The notes under the pieces: generated by a model
Told to the model about the DNA's origin: nothing
What the model saw: only the letters and a program-made list of their open reading frames with translations
Database searches by the model: none
Shown here: in pieces, positions 26,610 through 35,378 of the stretch
Layout of the letters: each line of letters begins with the position of its first letter
Numbering within the stretch: position 1 is the stretch's first letter
Program-made: the position numbers and the translations under genes
IMG/VR virus record: IMGVR_UViG_3300035698_024280
DNA: 64,000 nucleotides
Source of the DNA: a virus
Direction: 5' to 3' (one strand)

Positions 26610-27446
26610 TTATTTACTAAATGCTTGACTACCTGGAGTTACTCCCCGCTTCGCACGAACTCGGTGACGAGCTTTATCAGAATTTTTATGCTTACCGTTT
26701 ACAATAGCATGACCATGATCACCATCATCGCCAACCTTAGTAGTAGTAGTTTGTTTACCATCGCCAGAGGCTACAAGGTCTTTGTGCGCAACCACCTGTC
26801 GTGATTTGTCAGAATCTTTCGATGGTTCTGGGATGGTCTCTGAATCGACACCTTCTCCGAATGAAAACTGATCATCTTCATCCATCTCATCACCGTCAAG
26901 ATCCAGCTCACCATCATCCTCTTCTTCACCAGTGTCGTCTAACTGACCTGCTAAGAGATCAAAAAGTTGCTCAGCTACTTCTTTGGGTAGTGTTAGGGTA
27001 ACTTCTCCCTCACCGGCTTCAGAATCAAATTCGTCTCCAAAATTGCCCTCACCGTCATCATCGCCGCCGATACCTAAAATATCCTCATCATCGGACATCA
27101 CTTCTTCATATAATTCATCAAATAAACTTTTACCGCTCATATAACTATTTATGCCTTCTTTGGAAAAGTTCTTATCTTTTTTAACCTTTTTATTAGTTTT
27201 AGATTCTTTATGTACTTTTGCACTAGAATTATATTTATCTTCAGCTTCTTCTGGGGCTTTATAGCCGTCAGTCTTGGTTGGGCACTTTTCCTTATTACCA
27301 ATACCGGCATTACCTTTAACCTTTTTACTCTTAGATGTTGACTTTGTATCATCAGGTAAGGATTGATCCTCAACCTTTTCATTAATAAAGTTGGCACCCA
27401 TTTGGGAGTAAATTGAAGCTATATCTTTGTGGTCAATTGTGGACAT
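26610..27446 (-). CDS. Highly acidic late protein, possible prohead core/internal protein (278 aa)
   Basis: Asp/Glu-rich centre; TAAATA-N5-ATG; next to the terminase gene. Confidence 0.55.
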   Translation of the reverse strand: MSTIDHKDIASIYSQMGANFINEKVEDQSLPDDTKSTSKSKKVKGNAGIGNKEKCPTKTDGYKAPEEAEDKYNSSAKVHKESKTNKKVKKDKNFSKEGINSYMSGKSLFDELYEEVMSDDEDILGIGGDDDGEGNFGDEFDSEAGEGEVTLTLPKEVAEQLFDLLAGQLDDTGEEEDDGELDLDGDEMDEDDQFSFGEGVDSETIPEPSKDSDKSRQVVAHKDLVASGDGKQTTTTKVGDDGDHGHAIVNGKHKNSDKARHRVRAKRGVTPGSQAFSK

Positions 27447-27510
27447 GTATATATTTAATGTTTTATTGTATTATTTCCAATAAAAACTGACATTAACTAT
27501 AAATATTATT

Positions 27511-27888
27511 ATGGAATTTACATTCAACTCATTAAATCTTATACTCCCTGAGCCAGACTCTCTCATCGCGCAGGCATCTACCCATGTACTATTTATTAGC
27601 GCTGGTGATATCGATGGGAGGAATATTAAGGGAGTATCGTTTAATGCTGTTGAGGATTCGGAGCTGTCAGGAGATATGATTACGTTGAGTGCCACTCAAG
27701 GTATTAAATTTAGTGTAGATGCAGTATACAACACAACCGAAATGGGTATAATATTAGATGATAATAGCGTTACTTTATTTACTGCAACTACCGGATTCCA
27801 GGAGACAAAATCTCAAAACCTCTCAAGCAATTCCACTAATCATAGCTTTCCAGAGCTTCGTCGATTAGTTAGACAGGGCATGCTATAA
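27511..27888 (+). CDS. Hypothetical late protein (125 aa)
   Basis: TATAAATA at 27498-27505, 5 nt before the ATG. Confidence 0.55.
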   Translation: MEFTFNSLNLILPEPDSLIAQASTHVLFISAGDIDGRNIKGVSFNAVEDSELSGDMITLSATQGIKFSVDAVYNTTEMGIILDDNSVTLFTATTGFQETKSQNLSSNSTNHSFPELRRLVRQGML

Positions 27889-29565
27889 GGCAGTCCACCC
27901 TAAAGATTCAAGATCTTCCATATCTATATCCTCCATGGTATCATTAAAAATCATGGGCATTCCGATTTGCTCATGATTTTTTGCAGCATCCTCATATTGG
28001 GATAAAGGATTTGTAAATTTGTGCAGGCCATAATCATGAGGATCTAACTTCAATGGTCGGCCATTATCATCTCGGTCTAATACTTCAAAGTATTTTGTAA
28101 CAATCTCTTCATGTAGTATCATTAATGCCCAGGCAAGCGCCATTATGCGGTCATCATGAAATCCCCTCTCTGCAGCCCAAGCCTTATTAGGTTTTCTAAC
28201 AAAATGTTTGAACTCCTTTAGAGTCTCCAGACTATGTAACACTACAGATTCTAAATCATTAAACCAATACCTCATATTAGTTACGGCAGCATATTTTGTA
28301 TTAGTATGAGATACCATTCCTATCTGCTTATTGCTTCTAGCTGCTTTACCCGATCCGTATGAAACTATGTTACTGTAGTTCTCAGTATGGTATAATCGCT
28401 CTAGTACTGCTGTGCCTTGATTATTTCTTTCTATAAGAGTTAGTGGATTTCCCCAGTTTCCTAAAATCTCTAACAACTCTGTACTGAAATTATAAGGTGA
28501 TATTCCATTGTTAGCATATTCTGCCACCTGCTCTATTTCTTGTAAATTAGTTATATCTAATACTTGTATAATAGAAAAATCCTGACCAACTCCTTCAGCT
28601 ACATCTACACCTGCTACATAAACCCTAGACTCGTCAGGTGTTGCATATATTTTATATGCTCCGTTATATAGCTCAAATTCAGGCTTTCTTGCATTAAGTT
28701 TTAATCTTTCATACTGTTCAAAGTCTACTGCAGATTGCCCTGCTGAGTGGAATTGGAGTTCAAATTCCTGCTGCCATAAATCTTCACTCTCTAGTGAATC
28801 TCGAGTTTCTTTAGCCCACTTCGCGTCTCTCCCTGGTATCTCACTCCAATGAATCTTAGCTGGAGTCCAGCCATTTTCTCCCCTTTCAGCGCCAATCCAT
28901 AGAGTATAAAATAGATTATCAGTTCCAGCAGGAGTTGAGGCAATTAGTATCTGAGATTTTTTAGAGGCAGAAATAATTGGGTATACTGCCGCCCAAAATT
29001 CTTTCATCATGTTTCTCTCAATGTGAGCGAGCTCATCTAGTATTAGAAGGTCGCAAGAACTACCTCGACCGGCTGAAGATGTAGTAGTAGTAATTCCGAT
29101 TCTAGAGCCGTTTTCAAACTCTGCAGAAGTTTTGCCATATTCTGTAACTGGTGGCTTTAACCAGTTTGGAAGCTCCTCATAAGCCATACGTACTCGTCTA
29201 AAAATTTCAATAGCAGTAGCCTCTTTATTAGCTACGATAAGTATTCGTTGATCTGCTTTAAAACACGCTACCCACAATGCATAAATAGTCATCATCGTCG
29301 ATTTGCCTACCTGTCGAGAAGCTAAAACTATATTAAATCTATTATCTCTAAACCCTCGTAGTACTTTTTTCTGACATTTATGAAGCTTAATTTTGCAACG
29401 GCCAGATCCTGGAGCGATGATAAAGAAAAACTCTTCAGCGAAGTATATAATATTATTTTTCGCTTTGTTTAATCTCTTAATTTGGTCCGGTGAGTACTCA
29501 AACTGTGCTCCCCGCTTGGGGAGGTTTGGGTTATTCATGTAAAATTGGTCACTCTTCTTAGACAT
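27883..29565 (-). CDS. Terminase large subunit (T4 gp17-like)
   Basis: NPNLPK; FNIVLASRQVGKST (Walker A); LILDELAH (Walker B); ASTP; EQEF-like QQEFE; YVAGVDVAEGVGQDFS; HDDRIMAL. Confidence 0.95.
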   Translation of the reverse strand: MSKKSDQFYMNNPNLPKRGAQFEYSPDQIKRLNKAKNNIIYFAEEFFFIIAPGSGRCKIKLHKCQKKVLRGFRDNRFNIVLASRQVGKSTMMTIYALWVACFKADQRILIVANKEATAIEIFRRVRMAYEELPNWLKPPVTEYGKTSAEFENGSRIGITTTTSSAGRGSSCDLLILDELAHIERNMMKEFWAAVYPIISASKKSQILIASTPAGTDNLFYTLWIGAERGENGWTPAKIHWSEIPGRDAKWAKETRDSLESEDLWQQEFELQFHSAGQSAVDFEQYERLKLNARKPEFELYNGAYKIYATPDESRVYVAGVDVAEGVGQDFSIIQVLDITNLQEIEQVAEYANNGISPYNFSTELLEILGNWGNPLTLIERNNQGTAVLERLYHTENYSNIVSYGSGKAARSNKQIGMVSHTNTKYAAVTNMRYWFNDLESVVLHSLETLKEFKHFVRKPNKAWAAERGFHDDRIMALAWALMILHEEIVTKYFEVLDRDDNGRPLKLDPHDYGLHKFTNPLSQYEDAAKNHEQIGMPMIFNDTMEDIDMEDLESLGWTAL

Positions 29566-29604
29566 TATATACTCTTTATTTATGGTATAAGTCTAAATAT
29601 TATT

Positions 29605-30213
29605 ATGACTAGTGCAACAGATCCTAATTCAATTGAGTATATGCCATCTGCACTTAATAAAGCGCAGATTGATAAATTCCTCTTAGTGCTAAATATACCT
29701 CATGCATTAAAGCTGATAGATTCGAAGATAGAGAGAAATAATGCCACAATGAATTTAAATAGCTTACAGTTCTCTGTATGGGGCACTGTAATACCGCCTA
29801 TAAGTGTGCCGTCGGTAGAGTTGCAATACATGGGTGGTAATATGCCTGTATCTACTCATGCAAGACCATCTTGGGACCCTGTTACGGTAAATTTCCATGT
29901 AGATAGTTTGTGGAGTAACTACTGGGCTATTTATAGATGGATTAACCTTATGAGATCTGAGAATGATGGTCAATTTAGCGAGCTGACAGATCAACCGAAA
30001 GTATTAAGTAAAAAATCAATCAGCATCGAAGACTATTCTACCGATTTTACAGTTTATGGTTTAGATGAGTTCAATAAGACTCGATTAAAGTGGACCTATG
30101 TAAGAGCCTTTCCAACAAACCTAGGTAGTATAGCTTTTAATGAGCAGGAGAGCTCTCAAATTTCCTGTACTTTTACATTCCAATTCTCTCAACTATTATG
30201 TGATTTAATATAG
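29605..30213 (+). CDS. Tail completion/tube terminator protein (T4 gp3-like)
   Basis: KFLLVLNIP; LQFSVWGTVIPPISVP; PVTVNFHVDSLWSNYWAIYRW; AFPTNLGSI.F; start at 29605, 5 nt after TAAATA. Confidence 0.7.
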   Translation: MTSATDPNSIEYMPSALNKAQIDKFLLVLNIPHALKLIDSKIERNNATMNLNSLQFSVWGTVIPPISVPSVELQYMGGNMPVSTHARPSWDPVTVNFHVDSLWSNYWAIYRWINLMRSENDGQFSELTDQPKVLSKKSISIEDYSTDFTVYGLDEFNKTRLKWTYVRAFPTNLGSIAFNEQESSQISCTFTFQFSQLLCDLI

Positions 30214-30273
30214 TATTTAAATAAATAACCAATAATGCGGTTTTTATAGCTAAAATTTATTAAATATTGGTAT

Positions 30274-32649
30274 ATGAGAACTATTCAATCCCCTGGGGTG
30301 GAAATACGAGAATTTGACCTCACGTCGCGACTAGCTACATTTGCTGGGACTGATGTCTTTGCAACTGGTTTTGCCTCTAAGGGTCCTACAGATGAAATAA
30401 TAAAGCCGACGAGTATGCGAGAGTACGAGGCAATATATGGAATTCCACAAACACCTGCTGAGCGATATTTATATTACAGTGTAGAGCCATTAATAAAGGC
30501 TGGCGCGAATGTCAATATATCACGAATGCCTTACGGGCCAGATCTAGGGGAAGGATTTGGAGATCAATATGGGGCATTAGTTTACCCAGTAGTCACTGTA
30601 TCGCCTAATAGTGGTAACGGTAAGTATAACGACTTTAGTACTGCTTTATCTCCAGCATCTGCAACGTATATACTCGGCGAACCTATACACTTTGCATTAA
30701 CTAAATCTGAATATCTGTCAGCTATTGATGGTAGTGGATTTACTTGGGCGAATACAGCGTCTGCAGCTGGTAACATCTCCAGCGTTAGTAATTTTGGTGG
30801 AGCTGGTGTAGTTGTACTCAATAAAGGCCTCACTACTATTAATGATAGATTTGAGGGATACTATATCGGTATTACAGATAACACGAATGTAAATCCTGCA
30901 GAAGAAAATGATACAATTCGTCAAGTTAAAACCCTACAGACAGATTCAACGTCTAGTGGTAATGGTTCAAACTTTACCAATCTTCCAGAAAGCCGAATTA
31001 ATTTTACATTAAGTGGCACACAAGTATCTCAAGGTACTGTTTCACAAGTACTAGAGAGTACAGCTGGGTTTGATGTACAGGGATCATCATATGATGATAT
31101 ACTAAATATAGGTGTATTTAAATTAAGACAATCTCTGTTTAATCCAGATACTATTAAATTAGATTATTACCTCGAAGATAATGCTGTCGGCTCTCTCGAC
31201 TCGCATAGGCAAATCGGAGATACTCAAGGCGGTGATCCTATTACATTCTTTATTGAGCCTAAACTCAATAATTCTTCAAGAAACGTTACGGTGTTAGTTA
31301 ATGATAATATAACTAATCGAGGTGGCTCTACATGGTTAAGTCCAGATGGCATACCTAGAAAGGCAGTAAGATTGTTTACTAATAATCTTATTGAGGATAC
31401 ATACCAAGCTCATTTAGGGACTAGTACATTATCCGCAAGAGGTGAAAAGTATAGGTGTGAATATAGTGCTCTAACTGCCGCTGCGTTTAAGACTGCACTC
31501 GGTATAAGTGATATAGGGTCTGATAGTTCGGCTGACAATCTATACCCTATCGGCGCATATTCGAGTAACACATATTCTGATAAAAGCCTCGGCAGTATAC
31601 CGCTTAAGCTTGATCGTATTCTCGATCTAGTTAGAAATGATGAAATATATAATATAGATATATCAATCGAGGCTGGTCTAGGCACTATATATGCAGTAGC
31701 AAGTGCAAATCGGACTAGCTATTATGACGATATACAAACATCAGAAGGTTTGACTGAGGGTTTGGGAGCTCTTGCAAATACAAACGGATATGTTACACCA
31801 GCTCTAGAGTCTGACCTTAGAGGTAATTATAATACTATATTCAGTAGATTTCAAAACTTTGCAGAGTTTGAAAGGAAAGATCATCTCTTTATTGCTGATC
31901 CAATTCGCCATATTTTAATTCAAGGTACTAATGCAAAAACGATATCTAATCCGAATAAAAATTGGTCTCAACATATATTTAGCTCATTGAGGCATCAATT
32001 CAATAATAGTAATAGCTCTTATACGTGTACATATGCTAACTGGGCAAGGGTTAACGATAAGTTTTCCGGTACTGATTTCTGGTCACCGTTCTCTGGTATT
32101 GCTGCGTCGCTTATGACAAAAACTGATACTACTACATACCCTTGGATAGCTCCTGCAGGCTTTACACGCGGTAGAGTATCGGGTGTTAACGATATTGCAA
32201 TTACGCCTAACCTCAAACAACGGGACGATTTGTATAAATTCGCAATGAACCCTATTACATTGTTCAGGGAGGGTATAACAGTATTCGGTCAAAAGACTCT
32301 ACAGAAGATGCCGAGTGCGTTTGATAGAATTAATGTTCGTCGATTATTCTTATATTTGGAGAAAGTTACTAAGGTAACTTCTAGATATTATGTGTTCGAG
32401 CCTAACACGGTATTTACACGTACTAGAATAGTAGATGATCTCAGGCCGTTATTCGAGAAAGCTAAGAACAATGATGGAGTTTATGATTACATCATCGTTT
32501 GCGACGAAAGAAATAACACCCCTGATATCATTGATCAAAATGAACTTGTAATTGATATATATCTCAAACCGACGAGAGCGGGAGAGTTTGTATTAATCAA
32601 CTTCTACGCTAGTAGAACTAATCAAGACTTCAAAGAGCTAGTTAACTAA
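30274..32649 (+). CDS. Tail sheath protein (T4 gp18-like)
   Basis: SPGVEIREFDLT; GFASKGP; PWIAPAGFTRG; MNPITLFREGITVFGQKTL; SAFDRINVRRLFL; FEPNTVFTR; IYLKPTRAGEFVLINF. Confidence 0.95.
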   Translation: MRTIQSPGVEIREFDLTSRLATFAGTDVFATGFASKGPTDEIIKPTSMREYEAIYGIPQTPAERYLYYSVEPLIKAGANVNISRMPYGPDLGEGFGDQYGALVYPVVTVSPNSGNGKYNDFSTALSPASATYILGEPIHFALTKSEYLSAIDGSGFTWANTASAAGNISSVSNFGGAGVVVLNKGLTTINDRFEGYYIGITDNTNVNPAEENDTIRQVKTLQTDSTSSGNGSNFTNLPESRINFTLSGTQVSQGTVSQVLESTAGFDVQGSSYDDILNIGVFKLRQSLFNPDTIKLDYYLEDNAVGSLDSHRQIGDTQGGDPITFFIEPKLNNSSRNVTVLVNDNITNRGGSTWLSPDGIPRKAVRLFTNNLIEDTYQAHLGTSTLSARGEKYRCEYSALTAAAFKTALGISDIGSDSSADNLYPIGAYSSNTYSDKSLGSIPLKLDRILDLVRNDEIYNIDISIEAGLGTIYAVASANRTSYYDDIQTSEGLTEGLGALANTNGYVTPALESDLRGNYNTIFSRFQNFAEFERKDHLFIADPIRHILIQGTNAKTISNPNKNWSQHIFSSLRHQFNNSNSSYTCTYANWARVNDKFSGTDFWSPFSGIAASLMTKTDTTTYPWIAPAGFTRGRVSGVNDIAITPNLKQRDDLYKFAMNPITLFREGITVFGQKTLQKMPSAFDRINVRRLFLYLEKVTKVTSRYYVFEPNTVFTRTRIVDDLRPLFEKAKNNDGVYDYIIVCDERNNTPDIIDQNELVIDIYLKPTRAGEFVLINFYASRTNQDFKELVN

Positions 32650-32670
32650 CTTACCTACGACATACACAGG

Positions 32671-32699
32671 AAAGCTGAGCCGAAAGGCTCAGCTTTTTT
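32671..32699 (+). terminator. Intrinsic terminator after the sheath gene
   Basis: aaagctgagcc-gaaa-ggctcagcttttttg. Confidence 0.9.
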
Positions 32700-32774
32700 G
32701 GTGTATTTAGCTTAACTACACCATTAGTGTAGTCCCCACCCTGACAGGGATAGCAATAACTACGTTAGACCTAA

Positions 32775-33365
32775 CTAATTACTTATAATTGTTGCATGAG
32801 TTATAAAATCATCAACTGCAGTCTCCAAATATGAATATTTACTATCGGATAGACCCTCAATAGTTACTGTATCTTTATTCTCACTTAACGATATAATATT
32901 AACAATATCAAATCCCTCAATAGAAATAACAACTCCGGATTTTGGTACAAATTGCCCAGCTTCGTTTTCATCGCAGTATTTATCGAAGAAATCTGTGAAG
33001 GCGCCTGTAGCTATTCCATCAGACTCTTCATTCTCATTGTTTACTTTATATATATCATCAAACACTTGCTCTAAGACACTACCTCGATCTATAGGAGAAC
33101 CAGGGAGACCAGATTGATTAAACCACTCAACTGCGATCTTTATATTTTCATTGTACATATCAATGACAGTCTGCGTATCAGAATATATCATCGCTTTTTT
33201 GAGCATCTGCTGAATATCATTACCAGCATCGATATATGCATCACCAGGGCTATCAGCATTGGTGACAAATATATCTTCTAATATACTATATATTTCATCA
33301 GCTAGTGAGACCTCATTTGATCTCCCATTAAATGCCTCCCAAATTAAATTAGTTTCGTTGTCCAT
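32775..33365 (-). CDS. Putative internal head protein with N-terminal MDNETNLIWE leader (196 aa)
   Basis: First 10 codons identical to 33397..33870; TAAATA-N5-ATG; acidic. Confidence 0.6.
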   Translation of the reverse strand: MDNETNLIWEAFNGRSNEVSLADEIYSILEDIFVTNADSPGDAYIDAGNDIQQMLKKAMIYSDTQTVIDMYNENIKIAVEWFNQSGLPGSPIDRGSVLEQVFDDIYKVNNENEESDGIATGAFTDFFDKYCDENEAGQFVPKSGVVISIEGFDIVNIISLSENKDTVTIEGLSDSKYSYLETAVDDFITHATIISN

Positions 33366-33396
33366 ATTCGTATTTATTAAAATCTTATTATATTAA

Positions 33397-33870
33397 TTAT
33401 CTGCCGGCTTGAGCATTCCTAAAAGCTGTAATATCTATAATATTTTCATCACCGTTTAATAATACATTAAAAGCTGATTTAATCGCTTCATCAGCTTTAA
33501 ATTGTCCCAGATCACTTATAGATAATACATATGCTACTAATTCACTCGCAATTATCTCATCTTCCTCATAAGATCTCGCACTTTCAAATGTTTCTCCATC
33601 TTCGTTCACAGGTGTGTCTGTATCAACCTGGATGCCCTTTAAAAATTCTAATGTAGCAGGATCAGATAGCTTATAAAATTCTTTACCTTCACCTCGTGGG
33701 AGCAAAACTCTTATCTGATTAGAGTTTGGCTGTATAGATATCCAATATTCTCCTAATTTATGCTTTCCGTCAGAGCGACGCTCCGAATTATCACGAATAA
33801 ACGATATAATATCGTCATGTGGTGCATCTCTATTATATGACTCCCAAATTAAATTAGTTTCGTTGTCCAT
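33397..33870 (-). CDS. Putative internal head protein with N-terminal MDNETNLIWE leader (157 aa)
   Basis: 30-nt identical 5' end (33841-33870 = 33336-33365); TAAATA-N6-ATG. Confidence 0.6.
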   Translation of the reverse strand: MDNETNLIWESYNRDAPHDDIISFIRDNSERRSDGKHKLGEYWISIQPNSNQIRVLLPRGEGKEFYKLSDPATLEFLKGIQVDTDTPVNEDGETFESARSYEEDEIIASELVAYVLSISDLGQFKADEAIKSAFNVLLNGDENIIDITAFRNAQAGR

Positions 33871-33922
33871 TTATAGTATTTAATGTATTACTACTAAAAT
33901 TTTAAATATTATCAGATAATAT

Positions 33923-34069
33923 TTAACTTCCGATAGTCATTGGTATTACTACAATCCCAATAAATTTTGACATTATATAGTCTATACTAGTAAGAACTTC
34001 GTGGGATGTAATAATAATTAAAAATATAATAGACACATTTAATAGTATTTTTGGGATTTTGTATTTCAT
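33923..34069 (-). CDS. Small hydrophobic membrane protein (48 aa)
   Basis: Translated by hand: MKYKIPKILLNVSIIFLIIITSHEVLTSIDYIMSKFIGIVVIPMTIGS*; starts 2 nt after the PAS gene stop. Confidence 0.45.
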   Translation of the reverse strand: MKYKIPKILLNVSIIFLIIITSHEVLTSIDYIMSKFIGIVVIPMTIGS

Positions 34070-34071
34070 GT

Positions 34072-34755
34072 TTAAAAAAAGTTTCGAATTGCAGTAGCAA
34101 ACGCAGCTAATAGCTCTATAAATCTAGGGCCTAGTATTACTGTACCTAATACCATAAGCAGTATCGCAGTAGATTTAGGCTTTTCTGCTGCTGTTTGAAT
34201 AATACGTGATATAGTATTAGACTTAATTTCTTCGATCTGTCCCTCTATATTTGCAGTAACAGCAGTTATTGTAGCGCTCAATATAGCGATCTGACCCATA
34301 ACGTCTCGGCTCAACTGCTCATATGATTGGGTGATAGTTGAATATTCATCTCTTAGCAACTTAACTTCTACTACAAAAAACTCATATTTTCCCTCAGGGG
34401 GGTATCGACGCACAAAAACTTCTACAAATACTGGGGCAGCTGCTTTCGGTATATAAAACTTGCGGATAGTATACTCATTATAATCTCCCCTTACACAAGC
34501 TGCTGCAGCTTCCATGTCAGCTTTTAATGATTCATCTTTTAATGAAAAATCCTCCCAAGTTACAGGGTTATCTTTCCTAGTAAATTCTGGGAGAGAATAT
34601 CCGATAAACTTTTGAAATATCTCATTAGACCATAATACTGCGCCTCCAATATCAGCTATCAGCCACATAGTTGCAGACTTCTCAATAATCTCTGTTGCAA
34701 GATGAGGGTGATGATTAAAAAATGTTTGTAGATGAACGTTTCCCTCTGAATCCAT
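34072..34755 (-). CDS. PAS-domain protein with coiled coil and C-terminal transmembrane helix
   Basis: IADIGGAVLWSNEIFQKFIGYS..EF.....TWEDF...ESLKADME......G....YTIRKFYI.K..APVFVEV.V (PAS/PAC pattern); C-terminal AILLMVLGTVILG; TAAATA-N6-ATG. Confidence 0.7.
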   Translation of the reverse strand: MDSEGNVHLQTFFNHHPHLATEIIEKSATMWLIADIGGAVLWSNEIFQKFIGYSLPEFTRKDNPVTWEDFSLKDESLKADMEAAAACVRGDYNEYTIRKFYIPKAAAPVFVEVFVRRYPPEGKYEFFVVEVKLLRDEYSTITQSYEQLSRDVMGQIAILSATITAVTANIEGQIEEIKSNTISRIIQTAAEKPKSTAILLMVLGTVILGPRFIELLAAFATAIRNFF

Positions 34756-34823
34756 AAATATTATTTAATCAATAACAGTGTATTACGGTTGAGGTTGCTA
34801 CTAATAAGAAATATCATTATTTA

Positions 34824-35081
34824 CTATACGTTAGATGAGTTCATTACTTTATGAACTCCAGAACCTCTCCCAGTATTTCTACCGTAGGGGTTATACTTTC
34901 GATGATCAGCGAATTGCTCAGGGGTGACTACTTGCATCTCTCCGGCAGTCTTACCACCATAGCACATAACCCCCCTTACCTTCGGTATACTATCAGCGCA
35001 CATAATGCAATAATTATATCCAGCTTCTATACGAGCGCTGTTTACTATTTGAGAGCAATGGCAACATTTCTTATTATTCAT
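34824..35081 (-). CDS. DksA/TraR C4-type zinc-finger protein
   Basis: CCHCSQIVNSARIEAGYNYCIMC matches CxxC-x-I-xx-R-L/I-xA-x4-CxxC. Confidence 0.55.
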   Translation of the reverse strand: MNNKKCCHCSQIVNSARIEAGYNYCIMCADSIPKVRGVMCYGGKTAGEMQVVTPEQFADHRKYNPYGRNTGRGSGVHKVMNSSNV

Positions 35082-35378
35082 TATCTTAGGATTTAAATAT
35101 ATCAGGAGCTTCAGAAGTATCTGACATCTCTCTTACAGCCTGCTTATATAACTCAATCTGTCTTCGATCTGCGATTTCGTCTGCATCATTATTTTTTTTT
35201 AGTTTCTACTGCCTCTATAAAACATCTTAGGTGAGAAGGTCTTTCGGAATAATTAGCCCAAACAGGATTTCCGCAATAAGTGCACGGGGGGCGTGGGAAT
35301 GCAGAATTAAACCGTATTCTAAAATTCTTTAGTAATTTCATTTATAAAATAATTATACAGTGGTTCCGTATATGTTAG

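Noticed and set aside
27883-32649. Inteins or group I introns in terminase or sheath
   Set aside because: Both ORFs are continuous and of expected length, with no intein C/N-terminal motifs or homing endonuclease.
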